A program made the position numbers and the translations under genes. DNA of 64,000 nucleotides from Xanthobacteraceae bacterium (GTDB lineage Bacteria; Pseudomonadota; Alphaproteobacteria; Rhizobiales; Xanthobacteraceae): positions 2,069 to 66,068 of the forward strand of contig DATBZM010000388.1 of NCBI GenBank assembly GCA_036513175.1, read 5' to 3'. Below are positions 1 to 9,386 of the stretch, one piece after another; positions within the stretch are counted from its first letter, which is position 1; each line of letters starts with the position of its first letter. Below the pieces are notes generated by a model. The model was not told where the DNA came from and ran no database searches. It saw only the letters and a list, made by a program, of their open reading frames with translations.

Positions 1-313
1 GCGTGCGTTCCAGGATCCGTTCTGGATCCGCGAGAACTCCGGCACTGGCGGCCGACGCGAGCTGCCGTTCCGCCCAGCGCCCGTGCTCGCCGAGGAGCGC
101 GCCGAAGCGATCGAGCCAATCGTTTTCGAGCCCGATCCTGATCGCTCGCCCGTCCTGCTGTGGCCCGAAGCTCAGGCGCGCCAGCTCCGGCCAGCCCAGG
201 GCCTGGCGCAAGGATTCGGGTGCGAGCACCTCGAGCCCGTCCGGCTCCGATTCCTCGAGCGCGGCGCCGTGGCGGTCCAAGATCTCCGAAACGAATGCCC
301 GCAGCTCTCCCAT
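1..313 (-). CDS. hypothetical protein, 5' fragment (gene continues past left window edge)
   Basis: Open-ended, so absent from the ORF track. My reverse-strand translation from ATG at 313 gives MGELRAFVSEILDRHGAALEESEPDGLEVLAPESLRQALGWPELARLSFGP... It starts 9 nt after the stop of the SNF2 gene on the same strand. Confidence 0.5.
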   Translation of the reverse strand, partial: MGELRAFVSEILDRHGAALEESEPDGLEVLAPESLRQALGWPELARLSFGPQQDGRAIRIGLENDWLDRFGALLGEHGRWAERQLASAASAGVLADPERILERT

Positions 314-322
314 GGGTGCGCC

Positions 323-2629
323 TTACGCGGTTTCGAAATGCTCGCCGAACAAGGCATTGTCCAGCTCGCTGGCGTTCTCGTGCTGGCGGCGCGCCGCATC
401 GAGTCCGCGGCCAATGCTCTCGAAAGCCTCGGCGCGCGCATCCTCGGTCGTGCGGAGCCACGCATCGAGCACCAGCTCGGCGAAGTCGCGATCTTCTTCG
501 AGGCTGCCGAGAATCGCGCCGACCTCGCCGACGACCAGCTCGAACATCGATATCTTCTCGTCGAGCAGCCGAACCACCTGTTCTTCGAGCGTGCCGCGCG
601 CGACCAGGTTGAACACGAAGACCTCGCGCGTCTGGCCGATGCGATCAATGCGGCCGATGCGCTGCTCGATGGCCATCGGATTCCACGGCAGGTCGAAGTT
701 GATCAGGGTGTTGCAGAACTGGATGTTGCGGCCTTCGCCGCCGGATTCGGTCGACAGCAGGACGGGCGCGCGGTCGCGGAACTCGGCGATAGCAGCGTCC
801 TTTTCGGGTCCGCTGAGACTGCCGTCGAAGCGGGCGAATTCGATGTCGTTGCGCGCCAGCAAATCGGCCAGATGGTCGAGCGTCTCGCGATGATGCACGA
901 ACACCAGCTTGCGTTCCGACGAATTGCGTCGCAGCAGATCGAGCAGCGCGATTTCCTTGCTGCCGACGCCGAGCGCCGCGAAGCGCGCCGCCAGCGCGCT
1001 CCACGCCGGCTCATCGGGGCGATGCGCGGCGGATCGCGCCAGCGCGGCCGCCGCGGCCGCCGGCGATGATCCCGCCGCCGCGAGCAGGTGGCGCAGGGCC
1101 AATCGGTTGCGATCGGCGCCGGCTTCGCCCGCAAGGCGCCGCACCTCGTTGCCGAGGTCACGATAAGCATCGCGTTCGGATTCGGTTCCGGCGACCCAGA
1201 CCGTCATGGCATGGCGGCGCGGCAGCTTGAGCGCGACCACCGCTCGGGTATTGCGGATCATGGCACCGCGCATCAGCTCGCGCAGACGCTCGGGATTCGC
1301 GGGCTGGCGAGGATTGCCGGCGGCGACGTGCGCGGCGCGGAATTCCTTCGGGGTCTTGAAAATGCCAGGCTTGAGCAAGGTGAGAAGGTTGTAGAGCTCG
1401 GTCAGATCGTTCTGAACCGGCGTTGCCGACAGGAGCAGCAGAAAGCGCTTGTTGAGCCCGTCGACCAGCTTGTAGCTTCGGCTCGCGCGGTCGCGCAGAT
1501 GATGTGCCTCGTCGACGATGATGAGATCGAAGGCGCGGGCAAGCAGGCGCTCGGCATGCTCGGGGCGCCGGGCGAGAGCAATCGAGGCGATCAAGCGCTT
1601 CTCCGCCCAGAACCGGTCCGGATCGGCGCGCAGCAGCGCATCGTGCGTGGTCGCGCAGCGGATGTCGAACTTCGTCTCCATCTCCTCGCGCCACTGTCCG
1701 ACCAGCGACGCCGGCGTCAGCACCAGCACGCTCTCGACCATGCCGCGCAGCAGATACTCCTTGAGCACCATGCCGGCCTCGATGGTCTTGCCCAGCCCGA
1801 CCTCGTCGGCGAGCAGCACGCGGCCGCGAAACTGCTTGAGCACTTTGCGAACGGTTTCGATCTGATACCAGAACGTTTCGATGCCCTGCAGGTGGGGAAG
1901 ACACAGCAGCTCGTCGAAACCCTGCGCGAGGCCGAGATGGGCGAAGCGCTCGCGCAATCCGTACCAACCGCCGTCCTCCTCGGGAGCGGCCGCGGTCGCG
2001 GCAAGCAGCGGTGCGAGATTGAATTCCGCCATGAACGGAATATCGACCTCGATGCGCGACAGTCCGGGCGGTACCGGCGGAGCCGCGATCTTCGCCGGCG
2101 GCACGCCGCGCGGCCGGCTTTTTGCCGCCGGCGCGCGTGCTGGCGGTGCGCCCGCCGGTGCGCGCTTGCGGACCACCGGCCTGTTCCACGCCAAGATTGC
2201 GTCGACCCGGGACATCAGCCAATCGCGTCGTTCCGGGCCTCCCGGGAACGCGCGCATGGCGGCAAAAGAATAGTCGAGGTCTTCGCGCTCGAGCACCGCA
2301 TATGCGGCGCCGAGCTTGTTCTGTTGCGCCAGCGCAAGCGCACATAGGAGATGATGCGTCTCGCCGGGAACATAGCGCTTCGAGAACCGCTTCAAGAACA
2401 CCTGGGCTCGTTCGGGATGATCGTCGAGAAGGGCCGCAGTGGCTGCAAGGCACAGGATGACGGCGTCGCCCGGATGAGCCTGCACGGCTGGCTCGGCCAG
2501 CGACAGAAACCCCGACGTCCGCTGCACATCGGCGAAAGCGTCGAGGAGGGCTTTGTCCCATCCGACTGCATTCGCATCCCCAAGGGGAAGCGCGCCTTGC
2601 GCTGCGGAGCTGAAACTCTTGCTCGCCAT
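323..2629 (-). CDS. SNF2/RapA(HepA)-like DEAD/DEAH-box helicase
   Basis: ORF 323..2698. Helicase motifs DEVGLGKT (I), IIVDEAHH (II), LSATP (III) and C-terminal FDLPWNP...EQRIGRIDRIGQ. Position 2698 is a TTG; the first in-frame ATG is 2629 (MASKSF...), so the start is uncertain. Confidence 0.85.
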   Translation of the reverse strand: MASKSFSSAAQGALPLGDANAVGWDKALLDAFADVQRTSGFLSLAEPAVQAHPGDAVILCLAATAALLDDHPERAQVFLKRFSKRYVPGETHHLLCALALAQQNKLGAAYAVLEREDLDYSFAAMRAFPGGPERRDWLMSRVDAILAWNRPVVRKRAPAGAPPARAPAAKSRPRGVPPAKIAAPPVPPGLSRIEVDIPFMAEFNLAPLLAATAAAPEEDGGWYGLRERFAHLGLAQGFDELLCLPHLQGIETFWYQIETVRKVLKQFRGRVLLADEVGLGKTIEAGMVLKEYLLRGMVESVLVLTPASLVGQWREEMETKFDIRCATTHDALLRADPDRFWAEKRLIASIALARRPEHAERLLARAFDLIIVDEAHHLRDRASRSYKLVDGLNKRFLLLLSATPVQNDLTELYNLLTLLKPGIFKTPKEFRAAHVAAGNPRQPANPERLRELMRGAMIRNTRAVVALKLPRRHAMTVWVAGTESERDAYRDLGNEVRRLAGEAGADRNRLALRHLLAAAGSSPAAAAAALARSAAHRPDEPAWSALAARFAALGVGSKEIALLDLLRRNSSERKLVFVHHRETLDHLADLLARNDIEFARFDGSLSGPEKDAAIAEFRDRAPVLLSTESGGEGRNIQFCNTLINFDLPWNPMAIEQRIGRIDRIGQTREVFVFNLVARGTLEEQVVRLLDEKISMFELVVGEVGAILGSLEEDRDFAELVLDAWLRTTEDARAEAFESIGRGLDAARRQHENASELDNALFGEHFETA

Positions 2630-2749
2630 GCTGCCGCCAAGACCGTTCGAGCGGTGATTCGAATGGTGAAAGCGTAGCCGTGTCTGCGGCCGGTTCAAGG
2701 CGGCATGCGTTGCGGCTGTGGATGCGCGAAAACTCGCGGATTGCGCCGG

Positions 2750-3487
2750 TCAGTAATCCACCTGGACCAGGTAGAGCCCGTCCGGCGGGGCGACCGGGCC
2801 GCAGGCGGCGCGGTCACGCGCCGCGAGCGCACCCGCAAGGTCGTCGGCCGACCAGCGGCCTTCGCCGACCAGCGCGAGCGAGCCCACCATCGAGCGCACC
2901 TGCGTGTGCAGGAACGAGCGTGCCGACGCGTGCACGCGGATGTCCTCGCCGTCGCGTTCGACGTCGAGGCGGTCGAGTGTCTTCACCGGCGATTTCGCCT
3001 GGCATTCGGCGGCGCGGAAGGTGGTGAAGTCGTGCTTGCCGACGAGCCGTTGCGCCGCCGTCTGCATGGCGGGGGCGTCGAGCGGCCGGCCGATCCGCCA
3101 GGCGCGCTGCCGGTCGAGCGCGAGATCGGCGCGGCGGTTGATGACGCGATAGAGATAGTGGCGCCTGAGCGCAGAGAAGCGCGCGTCGAAATCGTCCGCT
3201 GCGACCTCGGCCGCGAGCACCGCGACCGGATGCGGCCGCAAATGCGCGTTGAGCGCATCGCGCACCGTATCAGTGTCCCACGCCTTGGCGAGATCGACAT
3301 GCGCGACCTGTCCGCGCGCATTCACGCCCGCATCGGTGCGCCCGGCCCCCTGCACCGCGACACGCTCGCCGCAGAACGCCGCGATCGCGTCCGTCAGCAC
3401 GCCCTGCACCGAGACGCCGTTGTCCTGCGCCTGCCAGCCGACGAAGGGCGAACCGTCATATTCGAGCACGAGCTTATAGCGCGGCAT
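2750..3487 (-). CDS. truA: tRNA pseudouridine(38-40) synthase TruA
   Basis: N-terminus [21 protein letters not shown] and the catalytic GRTDAGV motif; 245 aa. Confidence 0.95.
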   Translation of the reverse strand: MPRYKLVLEYDGSPFVGWQAQDNGVSVQGVLTDAIAAFCGERVAVQGAGRTDAGVNARGQVAHVDLAKAWDTDTVRDALNAHLRPHPVAVLAAEVAADDFDARFSALRRHYLYRVINRRADLALDRQRAWRIGRPLDAPAMQTAAQRLVGKHDFTTFRAAECQAKSPVKTLDRLDVERDGEDIRVHASARSFLHTQVRSMVGSLALVGEGRWSADDLAGALAARDRAACGPVAPPDGLYLVQVDY

Positions 3488-3505
3488 GGTTCTGTTCGAT
3501 CCGCC

Positions 3506-4426
3506 TCAGCCCAGCACGGTGCCGGGCTTGACCGGCGTCCCGCGCAGGAATTCCTCCGCCTGCATCGCCTCCTTGCCGGCGCGCTGCAATTGGACGATGC
3601 GCACCGCCCCGTCGCGGCACGCGACATTGAGCCTGTCGTCGAGCACGGTACCGGGTGCGCCCGAACCCTCGCCGCGCGTCGTGCGCAGCACCTTCACGCG
3701 CCCGCCGCCGATCTCGCACCAGGCGCCGGGAAACGGCGATAACCCGCGGCAATGGTCGTGCACCTCTTGCCACGGGCGTGCCCAGTCGATGCGCGTCTCG
3801 GCCTTGTCGATCTTGGCCGCGTAGCTGACGCCGTCGGCGGCTTGCGGCGTGAGAACGAGCGCGTCCTTCTCCAGCTCCGCTAATGCTCGCGCCATCAGGT
3901 CGGCACCGAGGCGCGCCAGCTCGTCGTGCAGGTCGCCCGCCGTCATGTCGGGGCCGATCGCGACCCGCTCGGCCATCGCGACCGGCCCGGTGTCGAGCCC
4001 CTTCTCCATCCGCATCACCATCACGGCGGTCGCGGCATCGCCCGCCATGATGGCGCGGTTGATCGGCGCCGCGCCGCGCCAGCGCGGCAGCGCCGAGGCA
4101 TGCAGGTTGAAGCAGCCGAGCCGCGCGGCATCGAGTATGGGCCTTGGCAAGATCAGCCCGTAGGCGACCACGACGGCCGCATCGGTGCCGTGCGCGCGAA
4201 ATTGCGCTTCCGCTTCAGCGTCCTTCAGCGATTTCGGGGTCAGCACCGGAATGCCGAAACGCCGCGCCTCGCGCTCGACCGGGGTCGGCTGCATCTCCAT
4301 GCCGCGGCCGGCCGGCTTCGCGGCGCGTGTATAGACCGCCGCGACCTCGTGCCCGCGTCCGACGAGCTCGACCAGCGTCGGCACCGCGAAATCTGGCGTG
4401 CCCATGAAGACGAGGCGCAGCGACAT
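3506..4426 (-). CDS. fmt: methionyl-tRNA formyltransferase
   Basis: [14 protein letters not shown]-terminus and the [16 protein letters not shown] motif; 306 aa. Confidence 0.95.
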   Translation of the reverse strand: MSLRLVFMGTPDFAVPTLVELVGRGHEVAAVYTRAAKPAGRGMEMQPTPVEREARRFGIPVLTPKSLKDAEAEAQFRAHGTDAAVVVAYGLILPRPILDAARLGCFNLHASALPRWRGAAPINRAIMAGDAATAVMVMRMEKGLDTGPVAMAERVAIGPDMTAGDLHDELARLGADLMARALAELEKDALVLTPQAADGVSYAAKIDKAETRIDWARPWQEVHDHCRGLSPFPGAWCEIGGGRVKVLRTTRGEGSGAPGTVLDDRLNVACRDGAVRIVQLQRAGKEAMQAEEFLRGTPVKPGTVLG

Positions 4427-4456
4427 GTGACGGGACGTTCCGAATCCTGGCCCGCG

Positions 4457-4882
4457 TCAACCCTGACTACGGGTGAATGGATCGACCACGTCTAAGCCGA
4501 CGTCATCGAATCCGTGAATGTCACGCGTGGCAATCGTTGCTCCATGAACCTTGGCGATTGCCGCGATGAGGCCATCCATAGTTCCAGTAGCCCGACCAAT
4601 CCGGTCGCGTTGAGCGACTATCTTGCCGTATTCCCGTGCAGCCGCATGATCGAGCGGAAGAATTCGATCGGCAAAAGCCTCCTCGACGCGCTCGATGGCA
4701 TGTTCCAGGCGTTTGCGGCGTGCGCCCATCGGGAGCCCTTCGACTCCGTAGTGAAGCTCCGCCATCACCGGAGCACAGAGAAAGAGGTCTTCGCTCCGCT
4801 GCGCGTCGAGCCAATCGCGCACTTCGACCGACGGATCCGGACGCATCGTCTCGGAGACGATATTCGTGTCAAGAAGGATCAT
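4457..4882 (-). CDS. vapC: type II toxin VapC (PIN-domain ribonuclease)
   Basis: MILLDTNIVSE start typical of PIN toxins; 141 aa; 4-nt overlap with the upstream small antitoxin ORF. Confidence 0.85.
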   Translation of the reverse strand: MILLDTNIVSETMRPDPSVEVRDWLDAQRSEDLFLCAPVMAELHYGVEGLPMGARRKRLEHAIERVEEAFADRILPLDHAAAREYGKIVAQRDRIGRATGTMDGLIAAIAKVHGATIATRDIHGFDDVGLDVVDPFTRSQG

Positions 4883-5124
4883 TCGAACTTGGGCGGCGGT
4901 GACACCAAATCGTTTCTTTCGAACATGAGATCATGGCCGCGATCTCGATCCTCGACGAGGGAGAACAGAAAAGTGCCCATCTTCAATGGCGGTCGCGCAG
5001 ACGCGAACCCTCGCTCGATCCTCAGCCTCGCTTCTTTGGAGAGGCTATGTCCGCTTTTTTTTGCCTCGTCCTTGAGCCGACGTTTCAAGCCGGGGGAGAT
5101 TTTGCGAATCAGCAGGTCGGTCAC
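4879..5124 (-). CDS. vapB: type II antitoxin, ribbon-helix-helix (FitA/VapB-like)
   Basis: 81 aa; N-terminal LLIRKISPGLKRRLKDEAKKSGHSLSKEARLRIE RHH pattern; overlaps the vapC start. Confidence 0.75.
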   Translation of the reverse strand: MTDLLIRKISPGLKRRLKDEAKKSGHSLSKEARLRIERGFASARPPLKMGTFLFSLVEDRDRGHDLMFERNDLVSPPPKFE

Positions 5125-5185
5125 GCGTCGACTCCTCCTCTGATATCATTGATATCAGATGGAAGTGCGCGCGTCCAGCAGCCGC

Positions 5186-5707
5186 TCACGCGTCCTCTTC
5201 GGCCCGCTTCGCCGCCTTGGTGAACTTCTTCACGATGTAGTCGCGCTTGAGCTTGGAGATGTGGTCGATGAACAGCTTGCCGTTGAGATGATCGATCTCG
5301 TGCTGGATGCAGGTGGCGAAGAGTCCCTCGGCTTCCGCCTCGTGCGGCTTGCCGTCGAGGTCGAGATACTTGAAGCGCACCTTGGCGGGCCGTTCGACGT
5401 CCTCGTGCACTTCGGGGATCGAGAGGCAGCCTTCCTCGTAGACCGACCGCTCGTCCGAGGTCCAGGTGATCTCCGGATTGATGAAGACGCGCGGCTCCTT
5501 CTCGCCTTCCTTCTTGGCGATATCCATGGTGACCACCCGCTTCGGCACGCCGACCTGGATCGCGGCAAGCCCGATGCCGGGCGCCTCGTACATGGTTTCG
5601 AACATGTCCTCGACCAGCGTCTTGATCTCGGCCGTGATCCTGCCGACCGGCTCGGATTTGAGCCGCAGCCGCTTGTCGGGAAGGATGATGATGTCGCGCA
5701 GCGCCAT
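5186..5707 (-). CDS. def: peptide deformylase
   Basis: The three Def motifs [17 protein letters not shown] and HEIDHLNG; 173 aa. Confidence 0.95.
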   Translation of the reverse strand: MALRDIIILPDKRLRLKSEPVGRITAEIKTLVEDMFETMYEAPGIGLAAIQVGVPKRVVTMDIAKKEGEKEPRVFINPEITWTSDERSVYEEGCLSIPEVHEDVERPAKVRFKYLDLDGKPHEAEAEGLFATCIQHEIDHLNGKLFIDHISKLKRDYIVKKFTKAAKRAEEDA

Positions 5708-5797
5708 GAATGGGCGATGTAATCAGTGCATTCCGGGCGGTCAATACGTTCGTACTTTGTTCGCCTCGGAAGCCGCGAATCGGCTACAACGCCGGGC

Positions 5798-6967
5798 ATG
5801 ACGCAGCTCACCAGCCAGATTCTGACCGGCGCGACACCCGAAACGCTGCTGTTCGGCTTGGGCGTCGCCGTGGTCGTCGTGGTTGTCCTGCTGGTCGCCG
5901 TTGCGGTGATCGCGATTCTGCTGCTGCGCCGGTCGTCAGAGACCCCCCATGACCCCGTGGTGGACGACCTCGCGCGGCTGCAGGCGGAGACGGCCGGCCG
6001 CATGCAGGCGATGGGCGAGGCGCTCGCGGGCCGCCAGGCCGAGCTCGCGCGCGTGCTGTCCGATCGTCTCGATTCGGTGTCGAGCCGGCTCGGCGCCTCG
6101 CTCGACAGCAATACCAAGCACACGGTCGACCGGCTGCAGAACCTGCACGAGCGCCTCGCCGTTATCGACAACGCACAGAAGAACATCACCGAGCTTTCCT
6201 CGCACGTGACCTCGCTGCGCGACGTGCTCGCCAACAAGCAGTCGCGCGGCGCCTTCGGCCAGGCCAACATGGAGGCGATCATCCAGGACGGCCTGCCGAA
6301 GGGCCTCTATGCATTCCAATACACGCTCGCCAACAATACCCGGCCGGACTGCGTCGTATTTCTGCCCGATCAGCGGCCGTTGGTCATCGACGCCAAGTTC
6401 CCGCTCGAAGCCGTCATGGCGCTGCGCGGCGCCGTCTCCGACGAGGAGCGGAAGGTCGCGGCACAGCGCGTGCGCCAGGACGTCGCCCGCCATGTTGCCG
6501 ACATCGCCGGCAAGTACCTGATTCCAGGCGAGACCCAGGACACCGCGCTGATGTTCGTTCCGTCGGAGTCGATCTATGCGGAGCTGCATGACGGCTTCGA
6601 CGAGGTGGTGCAGAAGGCCTATCGGGCGCGGGTCGTGATCGTCTCGCCGTCGCTGCTCATGCTGTCGATCCAGGTGATGCAGCAGATCCTCAAGGACGCG
6701 CGCATGCGCGAGGCCGCCGACCAGATCCGCACTGAGGTCGGCCGCCTGATGGACGATCTCGGCCGACTGCGCGAGCGGGTGCTCAAGCTGCAGCAGCATT
6801 TCGGCCAGACCACCGAGGATCTGCGCCAGATCGTGATCTCGTCGGACAAGATCGAAAAGCGCGCGGCCCGGATCGAGGAGCTGGAATTCGACGACAAGGA
6901 CGGCGCGACCGCTGCCGCCGAAATCATCGCCGCGCCGATGCCGCGCCGGCTCGAAGCCGGCGAATGA
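5798..6967 (+). CDS. rmuC: DNA recombination protein RmuC
   Basis: ORF 5726..6967; first ATG at 5798 (MTQLTSQ...). N-terminal TM helix, long coiled coil and a C-terminal RmuC nuclease-like region (VIDAKFPLEA...MFVPSESIY). Confidence 0.9.
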   Translation: MTQLTSQILTGATPETLLFGLGVAVVVVVVLLVAVAVIAILLLRRSSETPHDPVVDDLARLQAETAGRMQAMGEALAGRQAELARVLSDRLDSVSSRLGASLDSNTKHTVDRLQNLHERLAVIDNAQKNITELSSHVTSLRDVLANKQSRGAFGQANMEAIIQDGLPKGLYAFQYTLANNTRPDCVVFLPDQRPLVIDAKFPLEAVMALRGAVSDEERKVAAQRVRQDVARHVADIAGKYLIPGETQDTALMFVPSESIYAELHDGFDEVVQKAYRARVVIVSPSLLMLSIQVMQQILKDARMREAADQIRTEVGRLMDDLGRLRERVLKLQQHFGQTTEDLRQIVISSDKIEKRAARIEELEFDDKDGATAAAEIIAAPMPRRLEAGE

Positions 6968-8346
6968 CCGCGTCTGTTTCGGCGCCCCGACGCAATTCCA
7001 TGGCCGCAACGCTCGCGGTCTATCTGCGTCCCCGCGTGCTGATCGTCCTCTTTCTCGGCTTCTCGTCCGGCCTGCCGCTCGCGCTGTCCGGCTCGACCCT
7101 GCAGGTGTGGGCAACCGAGCGGGGAGTCGACCTCAAGACCATCGGCTTGTTCGCCGCGCTGGGCACGCCCTACACGATCAAGTTCCTGTGGGCGCCCATC
7201 GTCGATGCGCTCGACGTGCCGATCCTGTCCTCCTGGCTTGGCCGCCGGCGCGGCTGGCTCATCTTCTCGCAGCTTCTGCTGATGCTTGCGATCCTCCTGC
7301 TCGCCCTGTGCGATCCGGCGACGTCTCCCGGCTTGCTGGTGCTGGCGGCGCTCTTCGTCGCGACCGCATCGGCGACGCAGGACATCGTGGTCGACGCGTT
7401 CCGGGTCGAAAGCCTCCCCGAGAGCGAGCAGGCGGCCGGCATGGCATCCTATGTGGCGGCCTACCGGGTCGGCATGCTGGTCTCGACCGCGGGCGCGCTG
7501 TTTCTCGTGACCGGATTCGAGACATCGGGCCTCGCCCGGCCGGCGGCGTGGACGGCCGGCTACGTCGCGATGGCAGCCTGCGTCGCGATCGGGATCGTGA
7601 CCAGCCTGATCGCGACCGAGCCGGCAAAATCGGCGCTCGCCGAATCGGAGCACGCCGCGCATGCGCGCGACAATCCGGTCCTGCGCGTCCTGCGAACGGC
7701 GCTCGTGTCGTTCACCGAGTTCCTCACCCGCGATGCGGCCATCATCGTGCTCATCTTCGTCGTGCTGTTCAAGTTCAGCGACGCACTGGCGGGCGCCATG
7801 ACGGCGCCCTTCGTCATCAAGATCGGATTCAGCCGCGCCGAATATGCCGCGATCGTCAAGGTCTGGGGATTCGCCGCGACGCTGATTGGCGGTTTCGCCG
7901 GCGGGTTCGTGGCACGCGCCTTTCCGCTGGCGCGGAGCCTGTGGATCGGCGGCATCCTGCAGGCGATCGCCAATCTGGCCTTCATCTGGCCCGCGACCGT
8001 CGGCGTCGATCCATGGGCGCTTACCGTCGCGATCAGCGTGGAAAACTTCACCAGCGCGATCGGCACCGTGATCTTCGTCGCCTATCTCTCGGCGCTGTGC
8101 AAGAACCCGCTGCATACCGCGACCCAATACGCGCTGTTGACCGCGCTCTCCGCCGTCGGCCGCACCTACCTGTCGCTCGGCGCCGGCTATATCGCGTCCG
8201 CGACCGGCTGGGTGTGGTTCTTCGCGATTTGCGCCGCTGCCGGGATTCCCGGCCTCGCGCTGTTGGCATTCCTGCAGCGGCGTGGGCATTTCGGCGCGCT
8301 CGACCGGCGACGCGCCGCGGAAGACACCGCCGAGGCGGCGGCCTGA
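6964..8346 (+). CDS. ampG: AmpG-family muropeptide MFS permease
   Basis: 460 aa polytopic protein; N-terminal LGFSSGLPLAL...YTIKFLWAPIVD pattern typical of AmpG; start overlaps the rmuC stop. Confidence 0.85.
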   Translation: MTASVSAPRRNSMAATLAVYLRPRVLIVLFLGFSSGLPLALSGSTLQVWATERGVDLKTIGLFAALGTPYTIKFLWAPIVDALDVPILSSWLGRRRGWLIFSQLLLMLAILLLALCDPATSPGLLVLAALFVATASATQDIVVDAFRVESLPESEQAAGMASYVAAYRVGMLVSTAGALFLVTGFETSGLARPAAWTAGYVAMAACVAIGIVTSLIATEPAKSALAESEHAAHARDNPVLRVLRTALVSFTEFLTRDAAIIVLIFVVLFKFSDALAGAMTAPFVIKIGFSRAEYAAIVKVWGFAATLIGGFAGGFVARAFPLARSLWIGGILQAIANLAFIWPATVGVDPWALTVAISVENFTSAIGTVIFVAYLSALCKNPLHTATQYALLTALSAVGRTYLSLGAGYIASATGWVWFFAICAAAGIPGLALLAFLQRRGHFGALDRRRAAEDTAEAAA

Positions 8347-8419
8347 CGGGCCAGAATTCACGCATTGGCGCATGTCCTTGTCGGCGAACCGGCGTCCACT
8401 TCGCCGGGACCTGCGCTAT

Positions 8420-9025
8420 TCAAAACGGCGTGCGGCTCTTGATCGCTGCCATCAGCGTTCCCTCGTCGAGGTAATCGAGCTCGCCGCCGACCGGCACGCC
8501 GTGCGCGAGGCGCGTCACCGCCACCTTGGCGTCGCCGAGCAGGTCGGTGATGTAGTGCGCGGTGGTCTGGCCGTCGACCGTGGCGTTGAGGGCGAGAATG
8601 ATCTCCTTCACCTCTGCCGCGTGCGCGCGCGTTACCAGGGCGCCGATCGTCAGATCCTGCGGGCCGACGCCGTCGAGCGGCGACAGCGTGCCGCCCAGCA
8701 CGTGATAGCGCGCGTTAATCGCGTGTGCGCGCTCGAGCGCCCACAGATCCGCGACGTCGGCGACCACGACGATCACCGACGGATCGCGGCGCGGATCGGT
8801 GCACACCGTGCAGGGGTTCTGCGTGTCGATGTTGCCGCAGGTGCGGCACACTTGAATCTTGTCGATCGCGGTCCGCAGCGCCGCCGCGAGCGGGCTCATC
8901 AGCTGCTCGCGCTTCTTGATGAGATGCAGCGCGGCACGCCGGGCCGAGCGGGGTCCGAGCCCGGGCAGGCGGGCGAGCAGCTGGATCAGCCGCTCGATTT
9001 CGGGGCCGGCTACGGCGGAAGGCAT
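8420..9025 (-). CDS. recR: recombination protein RecR
   Basis: C4 zinc finger [16 protein letters not shown] followed by a Toprim region; 201 aa. Confidence 0.95.
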   Translation of the reverse strand: MPSAVAGPEIERLIQLLARLPGLGPRSARRAALHLIKKREQLMSPLAAALRTAIDKIQVCRTCGNIDTQNPCTVCTDPRRDPSVIVVVADVADLWALERAHAINARYHVLGGTLSPLDGVGPQDLTIGALVTRAHAAEVKEIILALNATVDGQTTAHYITDLLGDAKVAVTRLAHGVPVGGELDYLDEGTLMAAIKSRTPF

Positions 9026-9041
9026 GGAACGGGCGGCGGCG

Positions 9042-9359
9042 TCAGAGCTTGAATCCGGGCGGCAGCGGCAGGCCGCCGGTCAGCGACTTCATCTTGTCCT
9101 GCAGCAGCGCCTCGGCCTTGCGACGGGCGTCCGCATGCGCCGCGACCAGCAGGTCTTCGACAATCTGCCTCTCGTCCGGCTTCATCAGCGAGGCATCGAG
9201 CTGCACGCCTTTCATCTCGCCCTTGGCGGTGAGCCTGACCGTGACCATTCCGCCCCCGGCAGTGCCTTCGACCTCGATGTGGTCGAGCTCGGCCTGCATC
9301 GCCTCCATTTTCGACTTGAGCTCGGCGGCCTGCTTCATCAGGCCCAGGAAATCCGCCAT
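9042..9359 (-). CDS. ybaB: YbaB/EbfC nucleoid-associated protein
   Basis: 105 aa with the typical MMKQAQ-like start ([19 protein letters not shown]). Sits in the conserved dnaX-ybaB-recR arrangement. Confidence 0.9.
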   Translation of the reverse strand: MADFLGLMKQAAELKSKMEAMQAELDHIEVEGTAGGGMVTVRLTAKGEMKGVQLDASLMKPDERQIVEDLLVAAHADARRKAEALLQDKMKSLTGGLPLPPGFKL

Positions 9360-9386
9360 GGTTCTTCCTTCCGATGCCTATCGCGG

